Source of the DNA: an uncultured Spirochaetota bacterium
GTDB lineage: Bacteria > Spirochaetota > UBA4802 > UBA5550
Direction: 5' to 3'
NCBI GenBank assembly: GCA_963827275.1
Contig: CAWHAA010000001.1
Coordinates: 32,001-96,000, forward strand
Length of the DNA: 64,000 nt
In this document: positions 48,876 to 57,639 of the stretch, piece by piece
Layout of the letters: each line of letters starts with the position of its first letter
How positions within the stretch are numbered: position 1 is the stretch's first letter
The notes under the pieces: model-generated
Database searches by the model: none
What the model saw: only the letters and a program-made list of their open reading frames with translations
What the model was told of the DNA's origin: nothing
Made by a program: the position numbers and the translations under genes

Positions 48876-50906
48876 TTCGTACGGGTCGATATCGATTTCA
48901 AGATATACGTCACGTCCGGTAACGGCGTTCCTTGAAGCGGTGATTGCGTCACGAAGGGCTTGTATGTTGCCTGATTTCAGGATTATATGGTGACGCCAGT
49001 TGCCCCCGATCTTGCTGAAGGGGGCGGCTGACGGGCCGAGTATTATGATATCCTTGCTCTGACCCCTGATATCCTTACTCTGACCCCTGATATCCTTACT
49101 CTGACCCCTGATGTTGCTCTTACCACTGGTATCCTTGCTCTGACCCCGCATATTCTCCTCAAGGGCCAGTTTCAGGTCATTTATACAAGCAATCACCCGT
49201 TCTTCATTCTCTCCCCTGACCAAAAGACGCGCGATCCGGGTAAAGGGGGGATATTGGAGCATCCTCCTCGCTTCCAGTTCAGACCGGTAAAAACCATAGT
49301 AATCCTGATTCCTTATAAAACGAAACAGGGGATTTTCATTATCAAGGGTTTGTATAACCACTTTCCCAGGTGAATCCCCACGGCCAGAGCGACCCGCCAC
49401 CTGAACGAGTAATGCAAATATTCTCTCTGTGGAGCGAAAATCCGGCATATTCATGCCTATATCAGCCAGGAGGACCCCAACAAGGGTGATATTTTTGAAG
49501 TCAAATCCCTTGGCAACAAGCTGGGTGCCTACCAGTATATCGACCTCTCCCCTGTTCATCTTCCCGATCAACTCCGGCACCGTATCCTTATGCCTGGAAC
49601 TATCCTGGTCGAGGCGGAAAATCCTGAAATCGGGAAATTCCTCCACTACGATATCCTCGATCCGTTGCGTCCCCGAACCGACTTTATCTATTTGCTCTGA
49701 CCCGCATCGAGCACATGAGGTCGGAACCGCATCCTGATGCCCGCAATAGTGACAGAGCATATTGCGGTCCCGGTGATAATTCATGCCGATATTACAGTGG
49801 GGGCACTCAACAGTCCATCCACACTGACTGCAAATGACGATAGGCGCAAATCCACGCCGGTTAAGAAGGAATACAACCTGTTTTCCCTGGTCAACAGCCC
49901 TCTTTGTGTAAAGCTTCAAAATTGGAGAGATGAGTTTACTCGGTTTCGTGGAATTGATCTTAACGATTTCAACATCCGGAAGTGACGCGTTCCCATAGCG
50001 TGTTTTCAGAGCATGAAGTTTCATGACACCGCGCTCACATGCATAGAGCGTCTCCACCGCTGGTGTTGCTGATCCCATCACGACCAGAGCCCCTTCCGTC
50101 TTGCTACGGTATAATGCAAGACGCCGTGCATTATACCGGGGGGTGCTGTGCTCCTTGTATGATCCGTCATGCTCCTCATCAATAATGATCATTCCCAGCC
50201 TGGGGCATTGAAGAAATACCGCTGAGCGCGTACCGATTGCTATATGTGCATCCCCCTTAAAGAACCTGATCCAGTTATGAAGACGCTGGTTAGAGGTTAG
50301 ATGGCTGTGATAAATGATAAGATCGTCACCGAAAACACCATACAGCCGTTCGAAAATCATTGAAGAGAGTGATATTTCAGGGACCAGATATATCACCGAA
50401 TACCCCCTGGCAATCAGCGACTTCGCAATCTCAATATATATCTCCGTCTTTCCGCTGCCAGTTATTCCGAAAATACAATGACTTAGCTCACCTTTATGGT
50501 ATGATTCCATGATATTGAAATACACATTCCGTTGTTCATCATTTAGTTGAACGTCCCCTGTTACAGTTTTTTCAAATGGAATTTTATACCGGGCCGATGG
50601 TCTAATTCCTGATGGAAGCGCCATTGCAAGCGCTTCACCAATGGAGGAAAGATAATTATCCGCGGTGTATCGAGCAAGCGACATTAACCGATTGTCATAA
50701 ATCAGATCTGTGTCAATAACATCAAGTATCTCTTTAACTTTATAATCACCAGGCTCGTCTTCATGGGTTCTGTCAACGAAGGCAATAGTATTTCTTCCTG
50801 AAAAATTTACCTTTACTCGCATGAAAGGCGTAACATGCATTCCCGAAGGCACACGATAAGTAAAAGTTGTCGAGAGGGGATAACCGATATATACATCTGC
50901 GAACAT
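48867..50906 (-). CDS. priA: Primosomal protein N' (PriA) with an in-frame repeat insertion
   Basis: GITGSGKTE, DEEHD, GSATP, LNRRG, four CxxC pairs, QVAGRSGR, YPPF, IDIDP. Confidence 0.96.
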   Translation of the reverse strand: MFADVYIGYPLSTTFTYRVPSGMHVTPFMRVKVNFSGRNTIAFVDRTHEDEPGDYKVKEILDVIDTDLIYDNRLMSLARYTADNYLSSIGEALAMALPSGIRPSARYKIPFEKTVTGDVQLNDEQRNVYFNIMESYHKGELSHCIFGITGSGKTEIYIEIAKSLIARGYSVIYLVPEISLSSMIFERLYGVFGDDLIIYHSHLTSNQRLHNWIRFFKGDAHIAIGTRSAVFLQCPRLGMIIIDEEHDGSYKEHSTPRYNARRLALYRSKTEGALVVMGSATPAVETLYACERGVMKLHALKTRYGNASLPDVEIVKINSTKPSKLISPILKLYTKRAVDQGKQVVFLLNRRGFAPIVICSQCGWTVECPHCNIGMNYHRDRNMLCHYCGHQDAVPTSCARCGSEQIDKVGSGTQRIEDIVVEEFPDFRIFRLDQDSSRHKDTVPELIGKMNRGEVDILVGTQLVAKGFDFKNITLVGVLLADIGMNMPDFRSTERIFALLVQVAGRSGRGDSPGKVVIQTLDNENPLFRFIRNQDYYGFYRSELEARRMLQYPPFTRIARLLVRGENEERVIACINDLKLALEENMRGQSKDTSGKSNIRGQSKDIRGQSKDIRGQSKDIIILGPSAAPFSKIGGNWRHHIILKSGNIQALRDAITASRNAVTGRDVYLEIDIDPYELM
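49047..49148 (+). repeat. 21-bp tandem repeat containing TTRCTCTGACCCC, inside priA
   Basis: GATATCCTTRCTCTGACCCCT at 49047, 49068 and 49089, a degenerate 18-mer at 49110, a variant at 49128; encodes RGQSKD(I/T) on the minus strand. Confidence 0.95.
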
Positions 50907-51047
50907 TCTGTAGATTTCCCAAGTTTATAAAAGAATTATTTGCAACAAGATTTATTAATGATGAATAACCCGTCATTATGGTTATGATAATTTAAAAGTC
51001 AACGGAAAAGATTTAATTTATTTTAAATCAAAAATTTATAAAATACA

Positions 51048-51061
51048 GGTGTCAGAGTAAC
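51048..51061 (+). repeat. REP-like motif variant GGTGTCAGAGTAAC downstream of the RAYT-like gene
   Basis: One mismatch to GGGGTCAGAGTAAC. Confidence 0.7.
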
Positions 51062-51223
51062 ATTATTTTAGTACTGGAATAGCATAGTAGCAAAAATATC
51101 TAGTAATCTGGGATCTATGGACTCTAAAGATAATCAGAACTGATTTGAATTTTAAGGAGAGAAGGCTTAATATAATAAGCTAAATATTTGTACTTCTGGA
51201 ATTCCAACTGTTGCGATAACCAA

Positions 51224-51823
51224 TTACCCAAACAGGCTTTCCGGGAAGATTCGCTTTCTATACCTTTCTTCGTATTCAAGAAATTTTCCGACCCGTTCCT
51301 CGAAGGTAGCCCCCAGCTTTACAAAATATTCATGCAGGGTGATGGTTACCGGCGGAATGAATTCCTTGCTCAAATAGCAGCGGATAGACCCATACTTGTA
51401 ATCTCGGGGATCTGCGACAGTTTTGCTTTTTACCGGATTATAGGCCATATAAAGCAATATTACGAAAAACGTCGAAACCGGGTCGTCAGTAAGTTCAATA
51501 ATGGTATCGCTGAAGCGCTCATTCCAGAAGGGGCCAATCCTGCCCATGATCCGGTTATATCGCCGTGCAAATTGTGACTTGATGAACTGCATGATACGAG
51601 AAATGGACTCGCCGCCATCAAGCGTACGGATAAGAAAATGGAAATGATTGGCCATGAGGGTATAGTTGATCAGCTCAAAATGGTATTTTTCAAGCGCCAG
51701 GTCTAAGACAAAAAGCATCAAGTCTTTCATCTCATCAGAATGCATGAGGTGTTTTTTCTCGATGCAGCGTGACATGGTGTGATAGGTATGTTCCGGCAGG
51801 CAGTTCCGTTGTTTTCGCGGCAT
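51224..51823 (-). CDS. REP-associated tyrosine transposase-like HUH endonuclease (Y1_Tnp, IS200/IS605 TnpA superfamily)
   Basis: MPRK.R, YHTMSR, HUH motif MANHFH, GPFWNERF, catalytic Tyr region LYMAYNPVKS, DYKYGS; no tnpB next to it. Confidence 0.9.
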   Translation of the reverse strand: MPRKQRNCLPEHTYHTMSRCIEKKHLMHSDEMKDLMLFVLDLALEKYHFELINYTLMANHFHFLIRTLDGGESISRIMQFIKSQFARRYNRIMGRIGPFWNERFSDTIIELTDDPVSTFFVILLYMAYNPVKSKTVADPRDYKYGSIRCYLSKEFIPPVTITLHEYFVKLGATFEERVGKFLEYEERYRKRIFPESLFG

Positions 51824-51902
51824 GGCGTCCTCCTTTGCTTGTGGGATGTCTTGCTTGCGTTTGCTGTATATACGAATGGGAGGCCGCCTTCTGGTAATAA
51901 TT

Positions 51903-51964
51903 TTATGGGGTCAGAGTAAAAAATTTAAAATAAAACTATATCATCAAAAAAAGGGTCAGAGCAA
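51903..51964 (+). repeat. Two REP-like motifs upstream of the RAYT-like gene
   Basis: TTATGGGGTCAGAGTAA at 51903-51919 (identical to 62893-62909) and GGGTCAGAGCAA at 51953-51964. Confidence 0.85.
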
Positions 51965-52048
51965 TCTTTATTGCAAAAACTAAATAATAATTGACATAAT
52001 TCATCAATCTCAGACCAAAATATATTATCATTCATCGAGGTGAATTAA

Positions 52049-52495
52049 ATGAACCTATTAGAAAAAATTGAATCTGACCTGAAAAAGGCCATGAAAGCCA
52101 GTGACACCATCAGGGCAGAAACACTAAAAATGCTCAAATCAGATCTGGCGTATGAGAAGGCCAAGACAGGAAAAGAACTGACTGACGAGCAAATGCTTGA
52201 AGTAGTGAACAGGTCGGCCAAACGCCGTCGTGACTCCATAAAGGAATTCCAGAAGGGTAATCGCCAGGACCTTGTTGATAATGAGACAAAAGAATTGTCC
52301 ATTGTCGAGGAATATTTGCCCAAACAAATGAGTGAAGCTGAAATCGATAAACATATAACTGACAAGATCGCCGCCCTTGGATCAGTCTCGCCGAAAGATA
52401 TCGGCCGGATAATGGGAGAAATAATGAAAGAACTCAAGGGAAAGGCGGATGGTAGTGTTGTTAAATCAATTTTATCGAAAAAAATCGAAAAATAA
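52049..52495 (+). CDS. GatB/YqeY domain protein
   Basis: DLKKAMKA, KRRRDSI.EF.KGNRQDL, YLPKQMSE, DIGRIMG, GKADG. Confidence 0.92.
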   Translation: MNLLEKIESDLKKAMKASDTIRAETLKMLKSDLAYEKAKTGKELTDEQMLEVVNRSAKRRRDSIKEFQKGNRQDLVDNETKELSIVEEYLPKQMSEAEIDKHITDKIAALGSVSPKDIGRIMGEIMKELKGKADGSVVKSILSKKIEK

Positions 52496-53507
52496 TAATA
52501 TACTGTTTTGTTTTCTTATTTTTTTCATGCCTGTGGTATCAGCTTATGGGCAAGAAGAAGATATCAAACTCGAAAATCCGCCTCTCGAAAAAAAAATCGG
52601 GGTCTTTAATCTTGAAAATGGCTTCGAACGATATTTTTTCTATACTAGATACCAGATTGGTGGTAAAACATTGTCACGGCAGGGAGCCGGAATCACTTAT
52701 TTTCCCTTCAGCGAGCTAAAGTTTCCTCTCGATGTTTTCATGATTTACGCAAATCTTACTCTGACCCTGCTCGATAGAATTTCATTCCACTATGGAGTAA
52801 AGAAAAACATCCACAACCGGGTTGGCAAGATGAAAGATACCGACTGGATACCCCTCCCCGGATTTAAAACAATCTATTCTGAAAGCGACGCCAGGCTTAA
52901 CGCCATTATCACCGAGGCTGATTTAGTCGTTAATCTTTACACGATATCATTTTTTTCTATAAAAGTTGGGGCAGGATTCATGCACCAGTACCTCTACTAC
53001 TGGTGCAGCAACGTGGTTCAAGAAGACATCATTGACGCAAATATGAATCTTGAAATGCCGTCAATAACGGTTATCCAGGGAAAGATAATCACTTACGAAG
53101 TACAGTATTACATTTTCACGATGCAGATTACGCCTGTTTTCACCATTCCTTTAGGGAAGGGATATCTGGAGATAATCCCTGCAATTCGGTTTTCCCCTTA
53201 TCTCAGGGCAAAAGATATTGACGACCATCTCCTGAGAGGAAAAGTTGCAAAAGGCGACAGCAAAGGAACCGCCTTCATGCCTTTCCTGAGCATCAGGTAT
53301 TTATTTGCCAGCAGGGTCTTTATATCGGCAAAGCTCGAATACATGTACCTGGTAACGAAGGGAAAACAGACGCAATCATATTACAACCCATTTATTGAAC
53401 CAGACGTCACCAACAATATTCCGGGATGGTCGGCACGCATTGAAAATAAACTTAAAAGCGAACAGCTATCGGTCAGTCTTGGGGCAGGCTATTCATTCGA
53501 ATTTTGA
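52449..53507 (+). CDS. Omptin-like outer-membrane protease
   Basis: SELKFP, GKMKDTDW and DIDDHLLR resemble omptin catalytic motifs; C-terminal GAGYSFEF; start uncertain. Confidence 0.65.
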   Translation: MVVLLNQFYRKKSKNNNILFCFLIFFMPVVSAYGQEEDIKLENPPLEKKIGVFNLENGFERYFFYTRYQIGGKTLSRQGAGITYFPFSELKFPLDVFMIYANLTLTLLDRISFHYGVKKNIHNRVGKMKDTDWIPLPGFKTIYSESDARLNAIITEADLVVNLYTISFFSIKVGAGFMHQYLYYWCSNVVQEDIIDANMNLEMPSITVIQGKIITYEVQYYIFTMQITPVFTIPLGKGYLEIIPAIRFSPYLRAKDIDDHLLRGKVAKGDSKGTAFMPFLSIRYLFASRVFISAKLEYMYLVTKGKQTQSYYNPFIEPDVTNNIPGWSARIENKLKSEQLSVSLGAGYSFEF

Positions 53508-53535
53508 ACGGTTCATGAAAGAATAAGCGTGGTTG

Positions 53536-54192
53536 CTATTGCATATTTAATTCCTTCAATTTTGTCATGATGAGCTTGAGCGTACTCCATGCCGCCCGTT
53601 TGAGATCCGGGTTTTTGATGAGTGTTATCGGATGCTCAATATTGTACCAGAAAATCTCCCGGCTGTTTTTGATTATATTCTGCAATGGCAATATATCACC
53701 AAAGACTATCACCACGCGGGGCTGCATCACTTCAATCTCGCGCGCAACAACCTTTTCGCAATTTCCCATGACCTGGCTCGGCTTCATGAGGGGATCGTTG
53801 ATATCGCATTTCACCAGATTGGTGATATAACATTCGCCGAAGGAGAGGTGTGCCGCCTGGATAATCTTCTTCAGCAAATCAACCGATTCTTTTTTTAACA
53901 GTTTCTTCTCGATGATGTTGACAAGCTGCGGCGAGTTAAGAATCACCATCACGCCGTTCGTTCCGCTGCCAACGCCGAATTTCCTTTCTTCGACACCGGA
54001 GCACAACGCGCACGCCTCGATGATCTTTTTGAGGGTCTCCTCGCGCGCTTCCTCCTGGGCGCGATCCTGCCGGCACACCCACCCGGATAGCCGATCAAGC
54101 TCATCATCGCCCCGTGACACGATCACCCTTCCACGGAGGGACCTGTCTTTCAATAATCTGGACAGCTCCAGAAATACGGTCTGTTTTTCCAT
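53536..54192 (-). CDS. Uracil-DNA glycosylase family 4-like protein (degenerate)
   Basis: CALC, YITNLVKC, C...REI...QPRVVIVFG, HP...IKNPDLKRAAW..LK. Confidence 0.75.
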   Translation of the reverse strand: MEKQTVFLELSRLLKDRSLRGRVIVSRGDDELDRLSGWVCRQDRAQEEAREETLKKIIEACALCSGVEERKFGVGSGTNGVMVILNSPQLVNIIEKKLLKKESVDLLKKIIQAAHLSFGECYITNLVKCDINDPLMKPSQVMGNCEKVVAREIEVMQPRVVIVFGDILPLQNIIKNSREIFWYNIEHPITLIKNPDLKRAAWSTLKLIMTKLKELNMQ

Positions 54193-54217
54193 TTGCGTTC
54201 CGGCAAGGCCTCGCCGG

Positions 54218-55573
54218 TTATAACCGGTCTAAATTAATATTATACTGCTTGATCTTCCTGTGCAGATTCGTCCGTTCGATGCCAAGTTCCTTCGATGTCA
54301 CCGTAACATTCTTGTCATTCTTTTTGAGCACCTTGATGATCAGGTCCTTTTCAAATTCCTCGCGCGCCTTCTTCAGTGAGGATATGTCCTTGGTCATCAG
54401 ATCATCATAATCATATGCTTCCAGGTGCTTGCGGACCTCATCCCGCCCGATCGATTCTCCGGGCACCATGATACTGAGCCGTTCGATGACATTTTTAAGC
54501 TCCCGCACGTTCCCCGGCCAGGTATGGCGGGTAAGCTCCTTCATGCCGCCATCGTCTATCTGTTTGAGCCCGATGCCATGCTCCTCGGAAAAACGCTCCA
54601 GGAAATAATTCACCAGGAGGGGGAAGTCATCCATGCGCTCCGACAGCGCCGGCATATGGATGGGGATCACGTTCAGCCGGTAGAAAAGGTCTTCGCGGAA
54701 CGTCCCCTCCTCCACCGCCTTTTTCACGTCAACGTTGGTGGCGGCGATAACGCGCACGTCAACCGTGATGGTCTCGTTTCCGCCCACGCGCTCAAACTGG
54801 TTCTCCTGGAGGACGCGGAGCACCTTGGACTGGGCCGAGGCGCTCATGTCGCAGACCTCGTCGAGGAACATTGTCCCCTTGTTGGCTATTTCGAACTTCC
54901 CCATGCGCCGGTTGATGGCCCCGGTAAATGCGCCCTTTTCATGACCGAACAGTTCGCTCTCGATCAGCTCGTTCGGTATGGCGGCGCAGTTCACCTTCAC
55001 GAACGGCCTGTCCAGCCTCTTGGAGCGGTGGTAGATGGCGCGGGCCACCAGCTCCTTGCCGGTCCCGCTGTCGCCGGTGATGAACACGCGTGCGTTGGTC
55101 TTGGCCGCGGTCTCGATGATCTCCCGGATCTCCTCTATCTTCGGCGAGCTGCCGATCATCTCGTCGTCGAGATGGAACTCCTTGCGGAGCTTGATATTCT
55201 CCTTGCGGAGCCGCATGTGCTCCAGGGCGTTATTCACCGAGGTGATGATACGCTCCATCGCCAGCGGCTTCTGGATAAAATCATAGGCCCCCAGCTTGGT
55301 CGATTTTACCGCTATATCGATTGATCCGTGCCCTGATATCATGATGACCGCCGTGTCCTGGTAAAGGCTCTTGATCCGCTCAAGAAGATCAATGCCGTCA
55401 ACATCAGGGAGCCAGACGTCCAGGATCGCAAGATCAACATCATTCATGCGTAAAAATTCGAGCGCCCCTTCGCCGTTCCTGCTTGAATAGACGATGTGGT
55501 CCTCGTCCTGAAGTATCGAGCTCAGCGTCTTTATTATGTTTATTTCGTCGTCAACGACCAGTATCTTAGCCAT
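54218..55573 (-). CDS. ntrX: Sigma54-dependent response regulator (NtrX-like)
   Basis: Receiver domain with MISGHGSID, GDSGTGKE, ESELFGHEKGAFTGA, WPGNVREL, HTH. Confidence 0.88.
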   Translation of the reverse strand: MAKILVVDDEINIIKTLSSILQDEDHIVYSSRNGEGALEFLRMNDVDLAILDVWLPDVDGIDLLERIKSLYQDTAVIMISGHGSIDIAVKSTKLGAYDFIQKPLAMERIITSVNNALEHMRLRKENIKLRKEFHLDDEMIGSSPKIEEIREIIETAAKTNARVFITGDSGTGKELVARAIYHRSKRLDRPFVKVNCAAIPNELIESELFGHEKGAFTGAINRRMGKFEIANKGTMFLDEVCDMSASAQSKVLRVLQENQFERVGGNETITVDVRVIAATNVDVKKAVEEGTFREDLFYRLNVIPIHMPALSERMDDFPLLVNYFLERFSEEHGIGLKQIDDGGMKELTRHTWPGNVRELKNVIERLSIMVPGESIGRDEVRKHLEAYDYDDLMTKDISSLKKAREEFEKDLIIKVLKKNDKNVTVTSKELGIERTNLHRKIKQYNINLDRL

Positions 55574-55585
55574 ATTGTCGCATCC

Positions 55586-57377
55586 TTACTTGATATCAAT
55601 TGGCAGGTCAATTATGAATTCCGTGCCCTTCCCGTATTCCGACGTACATGAGATCTCGCCCCGGTGCTCCATGATGATCTTTTCCACGATGGCAAGCCCA
55701 AGCCCGGAACCCGAGGTTTTTGTGGAATAGCCCGGGTTGAAAATCTTGTCCCTGTCGGTTTCCCTGATCCCGATACCGTCATCGCGGATGATGATCCTGG
55801 CCGTCCCGCCGCCGGGACCCTCGATGAACGCGGACTTGACCTCGATAGTTCCCGATTTGCCGACCGCCTCCACCGCATTTTTTATCAGATTGTTAAATGT
55901 CTGCCGCATCATCATCCTGTCAATATAGATTTCAGGAATTCGCTTGTCAATTTCTGAATTAAACCTGATATTTTCATGCCCGGAAAAAAAATTCACGCAG
56001 TTTTCAATCAACGCGTTGATGTCGGTCTTGACCGGCTTCATTTCGGGAAGCCGGGCGAATTCGGTGAATTCATTCAGGATATTTTTCAGAACGCCGACCT
56101 CTTCAACAATAGTGTCGGTACCGGACAGTATTATGTTCTTAATGTCAGGATGGTTCTCCACGTAACGCTTCCGGATCCTTTCCGCTGAAAGCTGTATCGG
56201 AGTCAGCGGATTCTTGATCTCGTGGACCACCTGGCGGGCCATCTCCCGCCACGCCTCAAGGCGCTGCTTCTGGTAGACGATCCTCCGGTTCCGGTTGAAT
56301 TCATATACCATCCGGTTGAACGACTTGAAGAGCACGCCAAGCTCATCGTCGGAATCCCGGTAGAGCGATATATCGTAATTCCCGTCCGCGAAGTCCTTGG
56401 TCGCCTCGGAAAGTTCTATGACCGGCCTGGTGATGTTCTTGGAAAGGTAGAGGCTCAGCAGTACCGAGATCAGGACGACTATGAGCACGACCCCGAAGAG
56501 ATACATGCCGCCGTCGCTTTTCAGCTCATTGATCGTGCTCGCAAGCCTTTTGTGATCACTGAGGGATTGGGCGAACAGCTCCGCCCTCTTCGCGACTTCT
56601 TCGGGGATGGTCCTGCAGATCACCAGCAGATAATTATTGTACCTGAGAGACCCGGCAAGATAGTCTTTTCCCAGGATCGACAGCTTGTCTATGCGGCTCG
56701 TTTCGTTAAAACCGGATACGCCGTAAAAATCGGTTATCGGTTTCTGGATGTGATCGGGAGCCCCGTCGACCAGCCAGAGTTTATTGTCAACTTCTCCCGG
56801 GTAAAAGGTATAGGAAAATACATACAGTCCCTTGACGGTATATACATTTCGGATATAATCCCTTCCCTCCGGGGTCTCGAGCGACAGGGTCCCATTGTCC
56901 ATCTGGTACTTGATGGACTGGAGCTCGCCGCGCATGCCCTTCTTTCATCTGTGTCACCGGGTCATTGGCCACGGTTATCGCTTCATCCAGGGCCTTCGAC
57001 GTCTTGTCAAGTATGAGGCCTGACAGGGTCTGGTTCAGAATATAATTCGACGTAAGAACGACCGGCAGCGATGGCAGCACCGCGACGAACACGAACGCCA
57101 TCGCCATCTTGTACTGGATGCTGGAGCCGGCGCGCGGCCCCCCGGTATAGAGGTTCCTGCGCAGAGACATGATGATAAAATAGAGGGCCGCTACCAGGGG
57201 CACCGTCATGACAGCGTAGAGAAAAAATTCCCGGCCCTTCACGATCATGACGTTCTTGCCGGGAAAGAGCCCTATGATCAGGATTGATACGAAAACGAAT
57301 ATCCCCACCAGGAACATGACATCCTGGACACGGGTATCCTCCGGAAAAAGGTTAATTTTTTTCAGCAGATTTTTCAT
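55586..57377 (-). CDS. NtrY-like HAMP sensor histidine kinase, interrupted by a 1-nt insertion at 56937-56939
   Basis: N-terminal TM part (KMAMAFVFVAVLPS) and HAMP/HisKA part (AWREMARQVVHEIKNPLTPIQLSAER, GSGLGL) join if one G is removed. Confidence 0.85.
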
Positions 57378-57639
57378 GGATGGTGAAATTATTCTCTATC
57401 ATCGAGACGATTGCGTCAACGACTTTCTCTTCGCCTTCGCCGCTGGCCCTGATAACCAGGCGCGACCCGGACACAATCGCCAGGCCCAGGACCGACATGA
57501 TGGACTTGCAGTCGGCCTCCACGTCTTCCTTGATGAGCTTAACCTCACAGGAATATTTCATCGCCTCTCTGACTATCATCATCGCCGGCCTGGCGTGCAC
57601 GCCGGCATCGCTTTTCACCACGACCTCACGTTCCGTCAT
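57352..57639 (-). CDS. ptsH: Phosphocarrier protein HPr
   Basis: GVHARPA (His15), KSIMSV (Ser46). Confidence 0.94.
   Translation of the reverse strand: MTEREVVVKSDAGVHARPAMMIVREAMKYSCEVKLIKEDVEADCKSIMSVLGLAIVSGSRLVIRASGEGEEKVVDAIVSMIENNFTIHEKSAEKN

Noticed and set aside
51224..51823. Canonical IS200/IS605 insertion sequence
   Set aside because: No tnpB and no clear pair of subterminal hairpins; the protein motifs (MPR start, FW..RF, NPVK, Y.YGS) fit the RAYT-like clade better.
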